A DNA stretch of 64,000 nt from Hypanus sabinus (Eukaryota), in NCBI RefSeq assembly GCF_030144855.1, contig NC_082711.1, positions 149,048,001-149,112,000 of the forward strand, read 5' to 3'. The stretch's first letter is position 1; each line of letters begins with the position of its first letter. The notes beneath the pieces were generated by a model. That model was not told where the DNA came from. It searched no databases and saw only the letters and a list, made by a program, of their open reading frames with translations. Of this stretch, positions 46,928 to 60,645 are shown piece after piece. A program made the position numbers and the translations under genes.

Positions 46928-48736
46928 CACTGGGAAACAAACATTTTACTTTACATTGTATCTTATGGATTTTGGGCTGCTGCTAATGACATTGAATTTC
47001 TTTATCATGCACCATTTTTTGAAATCACCTTAATTTGTTCTTTCAATTCACAATTCAAGTCAATTAAAATGTTGCACACAATATAAGCTGAAAGGTTTTC
47101 TATCGTATCCAGACACACCTGGGCATGCTTTGGCTGGGCAGATGCTGCATGGCAGGACAGATTTAGAAAGGCTATAAAAGCATCATGCACACACTGTCCT
47201 ATGCATTGTGTTTACATGTATATCAGTTTGCAATCACATTGATGCACATTAACTATGGACAGAGCATATTGTGTGTACTCATCATAATAAAGTAATTGTA
47301 TTTTCAGGTGTAGTTGTGATAGCAAAATGTTTCAACAATGTTGCAACAGCCACAATACTTTGTTGTATTTGTGGTGAGTATATGCTTAAATCTCAAAGCC
47401 AGAGTTTGACTCCTCTTATTAAGTAAACCTATGAGTTCTAATTTGGGTGTAAGATTGATGGCCAAGGCAAAGGCCAGGCTCCTCACGTTTCTTGCACAAC
47501 GCGCACTGTCAATCTTCGAGTTGACTCAGAAGCACTCGGAGGTCAATGGCATTCACTGCTCCAATGATATGGTGAGAGCTGAATGATCGTGTGACAGGTT
47601 GCTACTTCCGTCTGAATAGAGTGTCTGGTTTCTCTGCTAAAAATAAGAATTCCATTGGATTCCCCAACAACCCTTCAGCCAAAACACCTGTGCTATATGA
47701 TGATAGCCTTCCAGTACTAAAGTCACCAGAGACACAGAGTCCAGAGGAGGCAGACGAAGATGCTATGATACACGAGCCAGGAATGGAAACTGTCACTGCT
47801 ACTGATACAGATTTTGTAACTTTTCTGTTGAATGAGCTTTATTTGATAACCCAATCCGAGTTAAATGACCTGGTCAGAGACTTGGGTTTATCAAAGGCAA
47901 AAGTAGAATTAATGAGTTCAAGACTGCAAGGATGGATTCTACTGTCACTGTGCTAAAGAATCATATTACATTAAAAAGGATTGGCCACTCTGTGCAGCAC
48001 ATAAGCCACTTGTAGACCCAACAAAGATATTTTTTGCCTCCTCTTCATAGAAAACAGGGCTTAGGAAAATCTTAGTCAAAGCAATGCACAAGGAAGGTAA
48101 AGGATTTCATTATTTGAGGTAGTTGTTTCCCAGAATAACTGATGCCAAGATTAAGGAAGGCATTTTTATTGGTCCACAAATCAACCAGATAATCAGTGAC
48201 AGGCAATTCAAATAACTTTTAGTAGGACCAGAGGAAATCACATGGAAGGTATTCAAGGATGTAGTTGAAAATGTTGTTGGTAACTATAGAGTACCAAACT
48301 GCATACAGCTGGTTGAAAACATGCTTCACATATACAAAACCATGAATTGCAACATGTCACTAAAGATTCATTTTCTGCTTTCCCATTTAGACTTCTTCCC
48401 TGCAAATCTTGGTGCTGTCAGTGATGAGTGTGACGAAAGGTTTCAGCAGGACATTGCGGTCACAGAGAAATTGTATCAGAGCAACTGGAGTCCATCGATG
48501 CTAGCTAATTATTCTTGGACACTTAAGCCAGAAGCCTCAGGTACTGAGCACAATTGAAAATCATCAAGAAAATATTTTTAGCTTAGTTGAACTATTGCAA
48601 AGCATCAGTGCCCTTATGCATTTGTAAATGCATTATTATCAATAAAAGTTCTTGTTTCTCCAAATTCATACATAGTCTGAAATTATATGTATTCAGCTTC
48701 ACGTGGTCTACCATTGAAAAAATATGCTGTCCCATA
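46928..48736 (+). mobile_element. Chapaev3-like (CMC superfamily) DNA transposon, internally deleted, transposase pseudogene at about 47327-48557
   Basis: TAA|CACTGGG left end; CICGEY..FGCKIDGQGK..APH, ITQSELNDLVRDLGLSK.K.ELMSSRLQGW, KIKEGIFIGPQI, MSLKIHFL.SHLDFFP.NLGAVSDE..ERFQQDI. Right end is degenerate. Confidence 0.8.
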
Positions 48737-49749
48737 TAAGTGTTCACTCTGCTCAAAGTTTTAACACCACATCCTTTCTTAAGGGTCCTGTGATCCACAG
48801 TATCTCTCAGATTGTTGCATTAATATTGGGAGTGAAAACTCTGCCCCTTCTTTAACATCAAAAAAAAATTTGTTAGAAATATGAGAATACCAAAACATTT
48901 AAAGTGCCATCCAGACCTGCCACTTCCCATATGCAGTCATCTACAAATCAGCGACCCTCTCCAGCAGCCCGAAAAGTGATGGTGTTGCAACTGTGCCCCT
49001 TTAAGGGCTGCAGTTGAAGACTGAGCTATGTAGTTAAGTGGGAGAAATTCAGCAGTGTTTTATTGGAATAATACGCTTTTATGCCAGTAAGCCTGACATT
49101 CGATTTTTTTAAATGTCACTGTGTAGTATCACGATCCTTTACAACATTTTAAAGCAGCATTTACAAGACATGCAACACCACTTTGACAATGAAAAACAAG
49201 ATTGCGTATATAATTTCCAGCTCTTACTTTGGCTACTTCTGTTCAACTGCAATTGAGACGACACATTCTCCATTGTTTATGCGAAGTAAAACTGATGAAT
49301 TAATTATAATAATACACCATGATATGGATTTATAATATATTAAACATTATATATATTAAAATAGTTTAATTACAATCCATATTCTGAATTTGAAATAAAT
49401 TGAAATATAGGATTTCAGCACTTTACAAGTTTTGACTATCAAGCATCAATTTGTGCTAATCCATGTTCAACCTGACTGTGATATGAAGGAAATAATATAT
49501 ATTTTGATAGTCTCTCTGAATTTCAATGTTTGCCCAGTGGACGCATGGGCGTTTACAGGAACATCTTTCAGTAATTAGAGTCAGTAGAAATGAGATTACA
49601 GGCCAAGTCGTGCCAATTGCTTAACAGAATTATCTAAATGTTAACAGAGGTCTGAAACCATAAACAAAAAGACTGGAAACCACATCTGCCATTTTCACTA
49701 TGAACCAAACAGAAGAGGTGGCATTCAAAGCATTTCTTCATGAAATTCG

Positions 49750-51283
49750 GCATGAAATGTACCCCAGACTACTGTGGGGGGCGAGGGAAGGGATAGCTGA
49801 ACTTCTGGCAATGACCTTTGCATCATCAATGGGAACAGGAGAGGTTCTAGAGGATTGGAGGGTTGCAGATAGTTTTCCCTTATTCAAGAAAGGGAGTAGA
49901 GATAGCCCAGGAAATTATAGACCAGTGAGTCTTACTTCAGTGGTTGGTAAGTTGACGGAGAAGATCCTGAGAGAAAGGAATATTAACATTTGGAGAGCCA
50001 TAATATGATTAGGAATAGTCAGCATGGCTTTGACAAGGACAGGTCTGATTGTGTCTGATTGAATTTTTTGAGTATGTGACTGAACACCTTGATGCAGGTA
50101 GAGCAGTAGACTTAATGTATATGGATTTCAGAAAACCATTTGATAAGGTACCGCATCCAAGGCTTATTGAGAAAGTAAGGAGGCATGGAATCCAAGGTGA
50201 AATTGCTTTGTGGAACTAAAACTGGCTTGCCCACAGAAGGCAAAAAGTGGTTGTAGACGGGTCATATTCTGCATGGAGGTTGGTCACCAGTGGAGTGCCT
50301 CAGGGATCTGTTCTGGAACCCTTACTCTTCATGATTTTTATAAATGACCTGGATGAAGAAGTGGAGGGATGGGTTGGTAAATTTGCCGATGATACCAGTG
50401 GAGGTGTTGTGGATAGTGTGGAGGTTTGTCAGAGGTTACAGTGGGACATCGATAGGATGCAAAACTCGGCTGAGAAGTGGCAGATGGAGTTCAACCCAGA
50501 TAAGTGTGAAGTGGTTCATTTTGGTAGGTCAAATATGATGGCAGATTATAGTATTAATGGTAAGTCTCTTGCAGTGTGGAGATTCGGAGGGATCTTGGGG
50601 TCCGAGTCCATAGGACACTCAAAGCTGCTGTGCAGGTTGACTCTGTGGTTAAGAAGGCATATGATGCATTGGCCTTCATCAACCATGGGATTGAGTTTAA
50701 GAGCCGAGGGGTAATGTTACAGCTATTGGACCCTGGTCAGGCCCCACTTGGAGAACTGTGCTCATTCTGGTCACCACACTACAGGAAAGATGTGGAAACT
50801 ATAGAAAGGATGCAGAGGAGATTTACAAGAACGTTGCCTGGATTGGGGAGCATGCCTTATGAGAATAGGTTGAGTGAACTCGGCCTTTTCTCCTTTGAGC
50901 AACAGAGGATGAGAGGTGAACTGATCGAGGTATATAAGGTGATGGGAAGCATTGATCGTGTGGTTGGTCAGAGGCTTTTTCCCTGGGCTGAAATGGCTAA
51001 AATAAGAGGGCACAGTTTTAAGGTGCTTGGAAGTAGGTACAGAAGAAATGTCAGGGGTAAGTTTCTTTACGCAGAGAGCGGTGAGCGCATGGAATAGGCT
51101 GCTGGCACCGGTGGTGGAGGCGGATACGATAGGATCTTTTAAGAGTCTCCTGGATAGTACATAGAGCTTAGAAAAGTAGAGGGCTATGGGTAACCCTGGG
51201 TAATTTCTAAAGTAAGTACATGTTCAGCACAGCATTGTGGGCCGAAGGGCCTGTATTGTGCTGTAGGTTTTCTATGTTTCTAA
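49750..51283 (+). mobile_element. CR1 LINE RT and 3' UTR (same family as 14125-17945)
   Basis: GNYRPVSLTSVVGK, SGVPQGSVL, KFADD; 3' end is the reverse complement of 14125-15200. Confidence 0.96.
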
Positions 51284-52061
51284 TTTAGGATGAATTGACA
51301 AAGATTAAAAATCAATGCTTTTCAATCGCTTGTATTATAATGGGTAAATAAGGGTTGAAGTGTTACCTCAGTGCAATGTCTAAAAGGTTTTCGGAAATTA
51401 TTGCAGAAACCTTTTGAATAACTCTCAGCTCAAGATTTCTCCTCAATCATTGTTGATGCTGCTCTATACTTATTTGTTACAAAATGCCTTTGTGGATGAT
51501 GAGATCAACCCGATATGTGCTTCCCTTCTTCTCACACAAGGGAGAACATCGACAAGCTGTTCTTCTGTTGCACCTTAAGTGTATTTAATTATCTCATGAC
51601 ATTCCACAGGAACGGAATCAGGTGGAACCTCATGTTAAAGCCAACAGTGCTTGGACAGACAGGAACTGTGAACTAAAAGTCATTATAGGCCAGCGAGCAC
51701 AAGGTGATCGGTGACTGGGACTAGGTATGGAGGGTAAAAGGAGCACTGTGTGAGAGGGTGAAATTGATGATAAGCAATAGGCCAGTCTCCACCAATTTTG
51801 CATGATCAACGATTTAATTTTACCCCAAAATTTATACCTCTCTGGTCATCATGCCACTATGCTATAAAAAGTATATATACTTATTGGATAAATAGATTTT
51901 TAAAAAGGTAGTTAGGCCTTAGACAGAAGCAATGACCATTTAGTTTAGTTGTATCAATATTGGTGCTTTATTTACCATCTGAGCAGTTTGTGTAGTTACC
52001 CTTCATATATATCTTTTGAATTAATCACTCTTCACTAACCATAAATCTTTTTGCACCATTA

Positions 52062-54860
52062 CAGATTGCCAGGTACGATGTTGTGGCCATCACTGAATCA
52101 TAGCTGAAGGATGGTTGTGGTTGGGAGCTGAATGTCTAAGGTTACACGATATATTGAAGGGATAGAAAGGTAGGAGGAGGGGTGGTGTGGCTTTACTGGT
52201 AAAGAATGGCATCAAATCAGTAGAAAGACGTGACATAAAACCAGAAGACGTAGAAACCTTGTGGGTTGAGTTAAGAAACTGCAAGGGTAAAAGTATGTTG
52301 ATGGCAGTTATATACAGGCCTTCCAACAGTGGCTGGAATGTGGACCACAGGTTACAACAAGAAGTAGAAAAGGTGAGTCAAAGAGCAATGTTATGGTAGT
52401 CTTGGGCGATCTTAACATGCAGGTTGATTGGGAAAATCAGATTGGTAATGGATCTCAAGAGAGTGAGTTTGTTAAATGTCTAAGTGATAGCTTTTTAGAG
52501 CAGTTTGTTGTTAAGCCTACTAGGGGATCAGCTATATGGATTGGGTGTTATGTAATGAATGGAGCTGATTAGGGGGCTTATGGTAAAAGAACCCTTAGGA
52601 ACCAGTGATCACAATATGATTGAGTTCAACTTGTAATTTGACAGGGAGAAAGTAAAGTCTGATGTAGCAGTGTTTCAGTGGAGTAAGGAAAATTATATTG
52701 GTATGACAGAGGAGTTTGCCAAAATAGATTGGAAGGAGCTGCTGGCAGAGATGTCAACACGGCAGTAATGGCATGCATTTCTGGGAAAAATGAGGAAGGT
52801 GCAGGACATATGTATTCCAAAAATGAAGAAATACTCAAATGGTAAAATCGTACAACCATAGCTGACAAGGGAAGTCAAAGCTATTGAAAAAGCAAAAGAA
52901 AGGGCATACAACAAAGCAAACATTAGTGGGAAGATGGAGGATTGGGAAGTTCTTAAAAACCTACAGAGAGCAACTAAACAAATCATTAGAAGGGAAATGA
53001 TGAAATATGAAAGCAAGCTAGCAAGTAATATCAAAGTGGATAGTAAAATTATTTTCACATATGTTAAAAATAAAAGAGAAATGAGAGTGGACATACGACC
53101 TCTAGAAAATGAGGCAGGAGAAATAATAATGGAGCACAAGGAGATGGCCGATGAACCAAATGAGCATTTTGCATCACTCTTCACTGTGGAAGACACTAGC
53201 AGCATGCCTGATGTTGTGGTGTGTGAAGGAAGAGAAGTGGGTGCAGTTACTATTACAGGAGAAAAGGTGCTAAAAAAACCAAAATACATAAAGGTACGTA
53301 AGTCCCCCAGACCATATGAACTGCACCCTAGGGTTCAGAAAGAGGTAGCATTAGAGATTGTGGTAGCATTAGAAATGATATTTCAGAAATTGTTGGGCTC
53401 TGGCATGGTGCCAGAGGACTGGAAAATTGCAAATGTCACTCCACTATTTAAGAAAGGAGGAAGGCAGCAGAAAGGAAATTATAGACCAGTTAGCCTGACC
53501 TCAGTGGTTGGGAAGATGTTAGAGTTAATTGTTAAGGATGAGGTGATGGAGTACTTGGTGACATAGGACAAGACAGTACAAAGTCAGGATGGTTTTGCCT
53601 GACAAAACTTTTGGAACTCTTTGAGGAGATTACAAGTAGGATAGATAAAAGGGATGCAGTGGATGTTGTATATTTGGACTAACAGAAGGCCTTTGACAAG
53701 GTGCCACACATGAGGCTGCTTACCAAGTTAAGAGGCCATAGTATTACAAGAAAGTTACGAACACGGTTAGAGCATTGGCTGATTGGTAGGAAGCAGCAAG
53801 TGGGAATAAAAGGATTGTTTTCTGGCTGGCTGCCAGTGACTAGTAGGGTTTCACAAGGGTCGGTGTTGGGATCACTTCTTTTTATGCTGTAAATGATTTA
53901 GATGATGGAATAGATGACTTTGTTGCCAAGCTTGCAGAAGATACGGAGATTGGTGGAGGGGCAGGTAGTGTTGAGGAAACAAGTAGGATGCAGAAGGACA
54001 GACAGATTAGGAGAGTGGACAGGAAAATGGCAAATGAAATACAATGTTGGAAAATGCATGGTCATGCACTTTGGTAGTAGAAATAAATGTGCTGACTATT
54101 TTCTAAATGGGGAGAAAATCCAAAAATCTGAGATACGAAGGGACTTGGGAGTCCTTGTGCAGAACACCCTGAAGGTTAACTTGCAGGTCGAGTTGGTGGT
54201 GAGGAAGGCAAATGCCATGTTAGCTTTTATTTCAAGAGGTCTAGATTACAAGAGCAAGGATGTGATGCTGAAGCTTTAAAAGGCACTGGTGAGGCCTCAC
54301 CTTGAGTATTGTGAACAGCTTTGGGCCCCTCATCTTAGAAAAGATGTGCTGGCATTGGAGAGGGTCTAGAGGAGGTTCACAAGTATGATTTCAGGATTGA
54401 ACGGGTTATCATATGAGGAAAGTTTGATGGCTCTGGGCCTGTACTTGCTGGAATTCAGAAGGATGAGGTGGGATCTCACTGAAGCCTTTCAAATGTTGAC
54501 AGGCCTAGACAGAGTAGATGTAGAAAGGATGTTTCCCAAGGTGAGAGAGTCTAGGACAAAAGGGCACAGCCTCAGCCTCGAAACAGATGTGGAGAAATTT
54601 CTTTAGCCAAAGGGTAGTGAGTTTGTGGAATTTGTTGCCACATGAAGCTGTGGAGGCCAGATCATTGGGTGCATTTAAGGTAGAAGTTGATAGGTTCTTG
54701 ATTGGACATAGCATCAAAGGTTACAGGGAGAAGTCTGGAAACTGGGGTTGAGGAGGACTAGAAAAGGGATCAGCCATGATTGAATGGCAGAGCAGACTCA
54801 ATGGGCCGGATGGCCTAATTCTGTTCTTATGTCTTTTGGTCTAATGGCCTTATGGTCTAA
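52062..54860 (+). mobile_element. CR1 LINE, near-complete decayed ORF2 and 3' UTR
   Basis: YDVVAITES, VIYRPSNS, EDWKIANVTPLFKKG..NYRPVSLTS, SQGSVLG, KWQMKYN. Confidence 0.96.
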
Positions 54861-55361
54861 ATAAGAAACATTTTATTTGTCTACTTAGTGCATTTGGAAC
54901 TTCAACACTATATCCAGATTTCTGTGTTTACTTCCTTGACACAGTGTATGGACTAATCTCACTGGATGACATGCAAACAGACATTTTCTGTTGACATTGA
55001 AATGCATGGTTTACTAGGCTATTTCAGAGAGCAAATTAATCATTCTGGAGTCACATATCTTAACAGCTGACCCCCTGTAGAATAATCAGATGGGTATTTC
55101 AACAATCTGGTAGTTTGATTGGCTTTCATTGCAAACGATCTGTTTGTTTAAAAATTGTACATGTGGAATCATAAACCATTAAATATCTTGACGTCCTGGA
55201 GTGTACATATTTTGGAGCAGGTACTAAGTTAAATTCTAGCTGAGCAGAAGGAGTCGTCTCAGGACCTTTCCTGGGTTTTACTGACTTAGGGCAAAGAGTG
55301 GGCAACTAACTCATTCCCAACAAACATCTTGGCCTTAGTAATGAAGCTGGCAGATTCAAGA

Positions 55362-55487
55362 CCTGCTGAAGTGTCTCAGCCCGAAACGTCGACTGTACTC
55401 TTCTCCATAGATGCTGCCTGGCCTACTGTGTTCCTTCAGCATTTTGTGTGTGTTGCTCGGATTTCCTGCATCTGCAGATTTTCTCGT
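55362..55487 (+). mobile_element. Penelope terminal fragment with hammerhead-like motif
   Basis: CTGCTGA-agtgtctcagccc-GAAA-cg-TC-gactg plus conserved tail. Confidence 0.85.
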
Positions 55488-55831
55488 CTGAGATTCTGCG
55501 TTTACCTGCTTTGTTGTGTTTTGCTGCTTCTCAGCAGATCTCTCTGACCTTACTGCAGCACTTGCAGGCTGGGAGAAGCTTCCCCCATCCCAAATCCCTA
55601 ACGTTCCACCAATGGACACCAATGGAGTTTGATGACTCCGGATTTATGGAAAACAATACAAAGCTAAGTAAGAGAAAGTGTGCCAGAGCAGTTAAATGAG
55701 TAGATAACAATATAGTTGAGGTTTGATTTGTCAATCTAACCAAGGAGCGAGCTAGAACTTACATGCCTGATTTTGAAGCACTGGCAAGCTGATAGAGCAC
55801 AACTGCACTGAGAAGTAACAATCTGCTGCAC

Positions 55832-56808
55832 CACACACAAAATGCTGGACAACCTCAGCAGATCAGGCCACATCTACTGAAGTGAACAAATAGGCAACGT
55901 TTTGGACTGAGACCCTTCTTCAGGAATGGAAATGTAGAAGAAATGCTCCAGAATTAAAAAGGTTGCGGAGGTGGACGGAGTATAGCAAGAAGGTGATAGG
56001 TGAAGCAGGTGGGTAGGAAAGGTAAGGGGCTGGAGAAGAAGGATAAGAGTGGAGAGTGGACCATAGGAGAAAGGGAAGGAGGAGGGGACCCAGGCAGGCA
56101 GGAAATTTAGATGAGAAGAGGTAGAAGGCCCAAGTGGGGAATAGAAGAAGAGGGGAGGGGGAGGGAAAATATTTTTAGTCAGAAGTAATCTATATTCATG
56201 CCATTGGGTTGGAGATTACCCAACTGGAATATAAGGTGTTGTTCCTCCACCATGCGGGTGGCTTCATCGTGGCACAAAATGAGGCCATGGATCGACACAT
56301 TGGAATGTGAATGGGAATCGGAATTAAAAGTTCCTTTTGTGGCATATGGAGTGGAGGTGATTGATGAAGCGGTATCACAATTGACGACGGGTCTCAATCA
56401 ATGTAGAGGAGATGGCCTCGGGAGCACCGGATATAATAGGTGACCCCAGCAGATTCGCAGGTGAAGTGTTGCATCACCTGGGAGGATGTTTGGGACCCTG
56501 AATGGAGGTGAGGGAGAAGGTGAATGAGCAGGTTCAGCTCTTTGGCTGCTTACAGGGTTAAGTGCTGGGAGGGATGAATGGATGGGGGAATCACAGATCC
56601 CTGCAGAAAGCAGAGAAGGGGTTTGGTGGTAGAATCCCTTTGGAGAAGGTGGAAGTTGCAGAGAATGAGGTATTGGATGTTGAGGGTCATAGGGCAGTAG
56701 GTAAGGTAGGGGCACCAGGGAGATGAATTCTTCCACTGTTAAGGCAGCAGGAAGATGGCTGAGCATTGATGTCTGTGAAATGGAGGAGATTCGCTTGAGG
56801 GCAGCAAT
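55832..56808 (-). mobile_element. Penelope-like element 3' part: GIY-YIG endonuclease and terminal repeat
   Basis: FTCESAGVTYYIRCSR..LY and FNSDSHSHSNVSIHGLILCHDEATRMVEEQHLIFQLGNLQPNGMNIDYF; hammerhead-like motif at about 55891-55925. Confidence 0.92.
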
Positions 56809-58377
56809 CCCTTAACAACCTACTGCTTTTTCAACTATTCCTGTCCATTCCTATACCTGGCTCCTGAAATTTGCATCTATCTCAGAACATTTTGATGCCA
56901 TAGATGGTAGTCAAGATAAATGAGTGTTTGCCAGGGTTGTACTTACTTGATGCTTTCCCAGAAGATCGATAAAAAACTGCCGCCTTGGCCAAGCATCATT
57001 AACGAGCCCAAGATATGTATTGATGGTGCTTTCTGTCCACAATCAGTGGGCTTTGATGCTTTAATCAGCAAATTACAGTGTAGATCATGAGCTCTGCTCT
57101 TTCTGGGAATACTTTAGTTTCTTATTAATGGATTTTGATTGCACAAAATGATTCCTTAATCTGCGATAGTTTGTATTGATTTTTTTTTTATCCCAACATC
57201 TGAAAAGTAAGACTGGCGCTGTAGACTGATAATTCAGTATGCTGACAGCCAATCATCACAAAACATCCAGAGGCTATGATTTATCACATGGTTCTGTAGT
57301 ATCAGCTCTCTTGCTGCCTACAGTCCACTGTTACTGTATAGAGGCAGCAGCTGGGAGATAAACGGGAAAGCATCCCAGCAGGAACGATTCCTTCAGGCCT
57401 CTACCTACTGATCTGCCCACTTTGGACTTTGACCTTTAGGTTTCTACCTTCAGATTTGCTGAGCTCTAAAAATTATCTTTGGCTTTACCCTCCCAAACAT
57501 TCACAACAGTTGGATATCGATCCCAGGATTCAGTGTGATAGGATATTTTCCCCCCAATATGCTTCTAATCATTTTTGCTTTCACCTTAAATATATGTTCC
57601 CTAATTAATGGAAATTGCTTTTCATCTTCACCTTGATTAGACTTCTCATAATTTTACACACTTTTACTAAAATTGTCGTTAGCTTTTCTGGTTCCAAAGA
57701 ATCAAGAACTATTACCTAATTTGCTTACCACCTGTAATAGCATAATGGTCTAGTTGAAGGTGTATGGATTCATCCACTGCTGAAAAGTAAACTTAACTGT
57801 GTTAGCAACTTGAACCTGCAAAGTGCTGACATCCCATTGTTGACACACATTTTACAGGGATTAAGTCATCTGTTTAGCAATGAAGCTGATCAGGATTCTG
57901 TTCCGCACCAGCCAAAGTACCGCACCATGAAAATCAATGGCTGCAATCATTCCTACAGTGATGGATTATCAGATAAATATATTATTCTCCAGATCAGTTT
58001 AAACATCCCTCAGAAGTAACTTCACAATTACATAGCAGAATGTTAACAAAATTATCCTTATATCAAGTCTATTATTCAATTGAAAGTATAACATTGAAAA
58101 GTAATAGAAAGATAGAAATGTATTCAGGTCATACAGTATATATTTTGTAATCTACTGTTTATGCATCATCAAATGCCCACACTTTAGAGATAAGAACAAA
58201 TGGGTGAACATGTATTGAAAGGTAGAACTGAGCTGAACAAAGAGGCTTTGGTGTGCAGCTAAGCAGACCATTAGAGGATGTTTTTAATTATTTCATAGCA
58301 CGCAGATATCGCTGGCACATTTATTATTGGTCCATACTCTTACAAAATGAAATCCAATGAGATGGGTAACCACAGGG

Positions 58378-59075
58378 CTTCACTTCCAGATAAGCTCAAT
58401 GTGTTCTAAACTCATTTGACTGTAAAAACATAGAGGAACCATCACAAACTTGCACAGCCTCCAGTGATCCTGTGATTTCGATCTCTGAGGCCAATGAGAG
58501 ACCTAACTTCAGGACAGTGAACCCACAAAAAAGCATCTAGCCCTGATGGGTTGAATACTAAAGACCTGTGCTGATCAACTGGCTGAAGTGTTCACTGAGA
58601 TTTTTAACCTCTTGCTTCAATTATCCCAGTGCCTAAGAAGAACGAGGTAACCCACCTACATGATTATCATCCAGTAGCACTTTCATCTCCCATGATGAAG
58701 TGTTTTGAGAGCGGGTGATGAAACATATCAACTGTTGCCTGACAAGCAACTTGGACCCACTCCAATTTGCCTATGAACTCAACAGGTCCACAGCAGATGC
58801 CATTTCTTTGGCTTTTTCCTCAACCCTGGAACATCTGGACAGCAAAGATGCACACATCAGGATGTTCTTTATCAACTACAGCTCAGCATTAAATACTATA
58901 ATCCCTTCAAAGCTAATCAATAAATTTTATGGCTTTGGCCTCAAGACCACCTTGAGCAATTGGGTCCTTGATTTTCTCATTTGCAGATTCCAGCTGGTTT
59001 GGATTGGCACCATAAGACTGTGTGTTTATCCCCCGTCTCGACTCACTTTACATTTACCGTATGGCTAAGTGCTGC
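58378..59075 (+). mobile_element. Rex1/Babar LINE RT fragment
   Basis: DYHPVALSSPMMKCFE, LDPLQFAY..RSTADAI, RMFFINYSSALNTIIP. Confidence 0.93.
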
Positions 59076-60148
59076 TTAGATGCTAGATTTAAAGAGAACA
59101 GGGAAATTTTGACAGCTCCAATGGAGAAATATGCCAGTACAAACTTGATGGACCATATGGCCTGCTTCTGTGGTGCAGTGTTCTGTTATTTTTGTGTGTG
59201 AAGGCAACAGGGACATCAATTTCAACAGCAAGATACAATCTCAATGCGGGAGCGTGATCTGTGGCCTTGTTACTCTTACCTTTGGATAACAGGTCTTCTA
59301 GTAATATAGAAACCACAGAATTACAAGCTAGGAAGGTAAAAAATGAGCAGTCTTTTTAACAGTCCCTATCAACAGACTTTAAAGAGGAAAATGACTGACC
59401 TTTATCCCCAGTTCAATGTTTTCTCCGCCATAGACATCCATCCCAGGATCCAGCAACCCGATTTCACCAAAAAACAATCTATTCACCACAAATGAGCATC
59501 CAATCATAGCAGGAGTTCTGGAAAAGAGATGTAACAGTCATTGAGAAAGGGCAAAACATTAGGCTTGAAATTATGAAGGGTCCAAGACCAGGGAGTTTAG
59601 CCTCCAACCTCATGCCCCCTCCCTTCCCTAGAGAGCTTTCCCAACTCCGCCTGGGTAGTGAACTTACCTGGTCCTTCCAGGGTAACTCTGCCCGACTAAC
59701 AGTACAGTCTGAATCATGGCAACTACCAACAAGGTGTGACATGTGAAGAAACCCAGACTTCTAAATTTGTGCTCTTAAAGGAGCCCTCTTCCACCAAAGT
59801 AACCTGACCCAGTCAATGTGCAGGCGCTAATTACAAAGGACCCAATACTAATCAGTTACAATCCACCATTTACCCTTCAGAGCCCTTTCAATAACTTATG
59901 TTGCAATGTGCTTTGATAAACATATGCAAAGTAGTAAATGAATCTAACAAGCATAATGAACAGGGAGAACTCAGAACATACCCCACATTCAGAGTAACCT
60001 ACTGTATAATTGTTGTCATCTCCAGCACCATGTCAAAAATCAAGCATTTTTAACAATTTTTCTACTGGATTTTTATCTCCTAAGCACTATCTCCAAAGAG
60101 TTCATGTTGGCAACTGCTGTTATAACAACATTCAGATTTCATACTTAA

Positions 60149-60645
60149 GGGCCGCCTCATAGCATAGTGGGTAGCACAACATTTTACAGAACCAGCGACT
60201 CAGGTTCGGTTCCCGCTGCTGCTTGTAAGAAGTTTGTACGTTTTCCCAGCAACCATTTGGGTTTCTTCCAGGTGGTCCAGTTTCCTCACCACCATCAATA
60301 ACTCACCCTGAGACGTGAAGGCGAGATATCGGCTTTTATTGACTGGAAGAAGGAACAAGCAGTGAGTGACCACCATACTACATCCTGGAGACTGAGAGGC
60401 CGGGCTCAGGCCTTGATCGCCTTTATACAGGGGTCTGTGGGAGGAGCCACAGGAGCAGTCAGCAGGGGGCGTGTCCAGACAGGTATATGTAGTTCACCAC
60501 ACTCTCACTGTCCAAAGACGTACTGTTTGCAGGATTAATTGGTCATTGTAAATTGTCCCATGATTAGGCTAGGATTAAAGTGGGGGATTGCTCGGTGACA
60601 TGGCTCAAAGGGCGGAAGGCCTATTCTGTGCTGTATCTCAATGTA
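60149..60645 (+). mobile_element. tRNA-derived V-SINE-like element interrupted by a solo LTR
   Basis: A box TAGCATAGTGG, B box GGTTCGGTTCC, central domain split at about 60289/60502, CR1-like tail. Confidence 0.8.
60290..60501 (-). mobile_element. Solo LTR (same family as 62644-62881), missing its last 5 nt
   Basis: Reverse complement aligns to 62644-62876. Confidence 0.9.

Noticed and set aside
49322-49383. AT-rich inverted repeat
   Set aside because: Low complexity, with no TSD or family evidence.
46928-49539. Alternative right TIR for the Chapaev-like element (tgtttgcccagtg ending 49539)
   Set aside because: The right flank GAC does not match the left TAA, while a degenerate end followed by TAA lies at about 48736. 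Not fully excluded.
55535-55667. Possible exon (good acceptor, GTAAGA donor)
   Set aside because: It sits between Penelope pieces, gives no recognisable peptide, and is not phase-compatible with the 19660-19735 candidate.
57303-57355. Short hairpin tgctgcct...aggcagca
   Set aside because: The stem is too short and bulged for a pre-miRNA call and is compatible with chance.
59668-59943. Possible minus-strand exon with strong CAG|GTAAGT donor
   Set aside because: All three frames contain stops when the best acceptor is used, and there is no other support.
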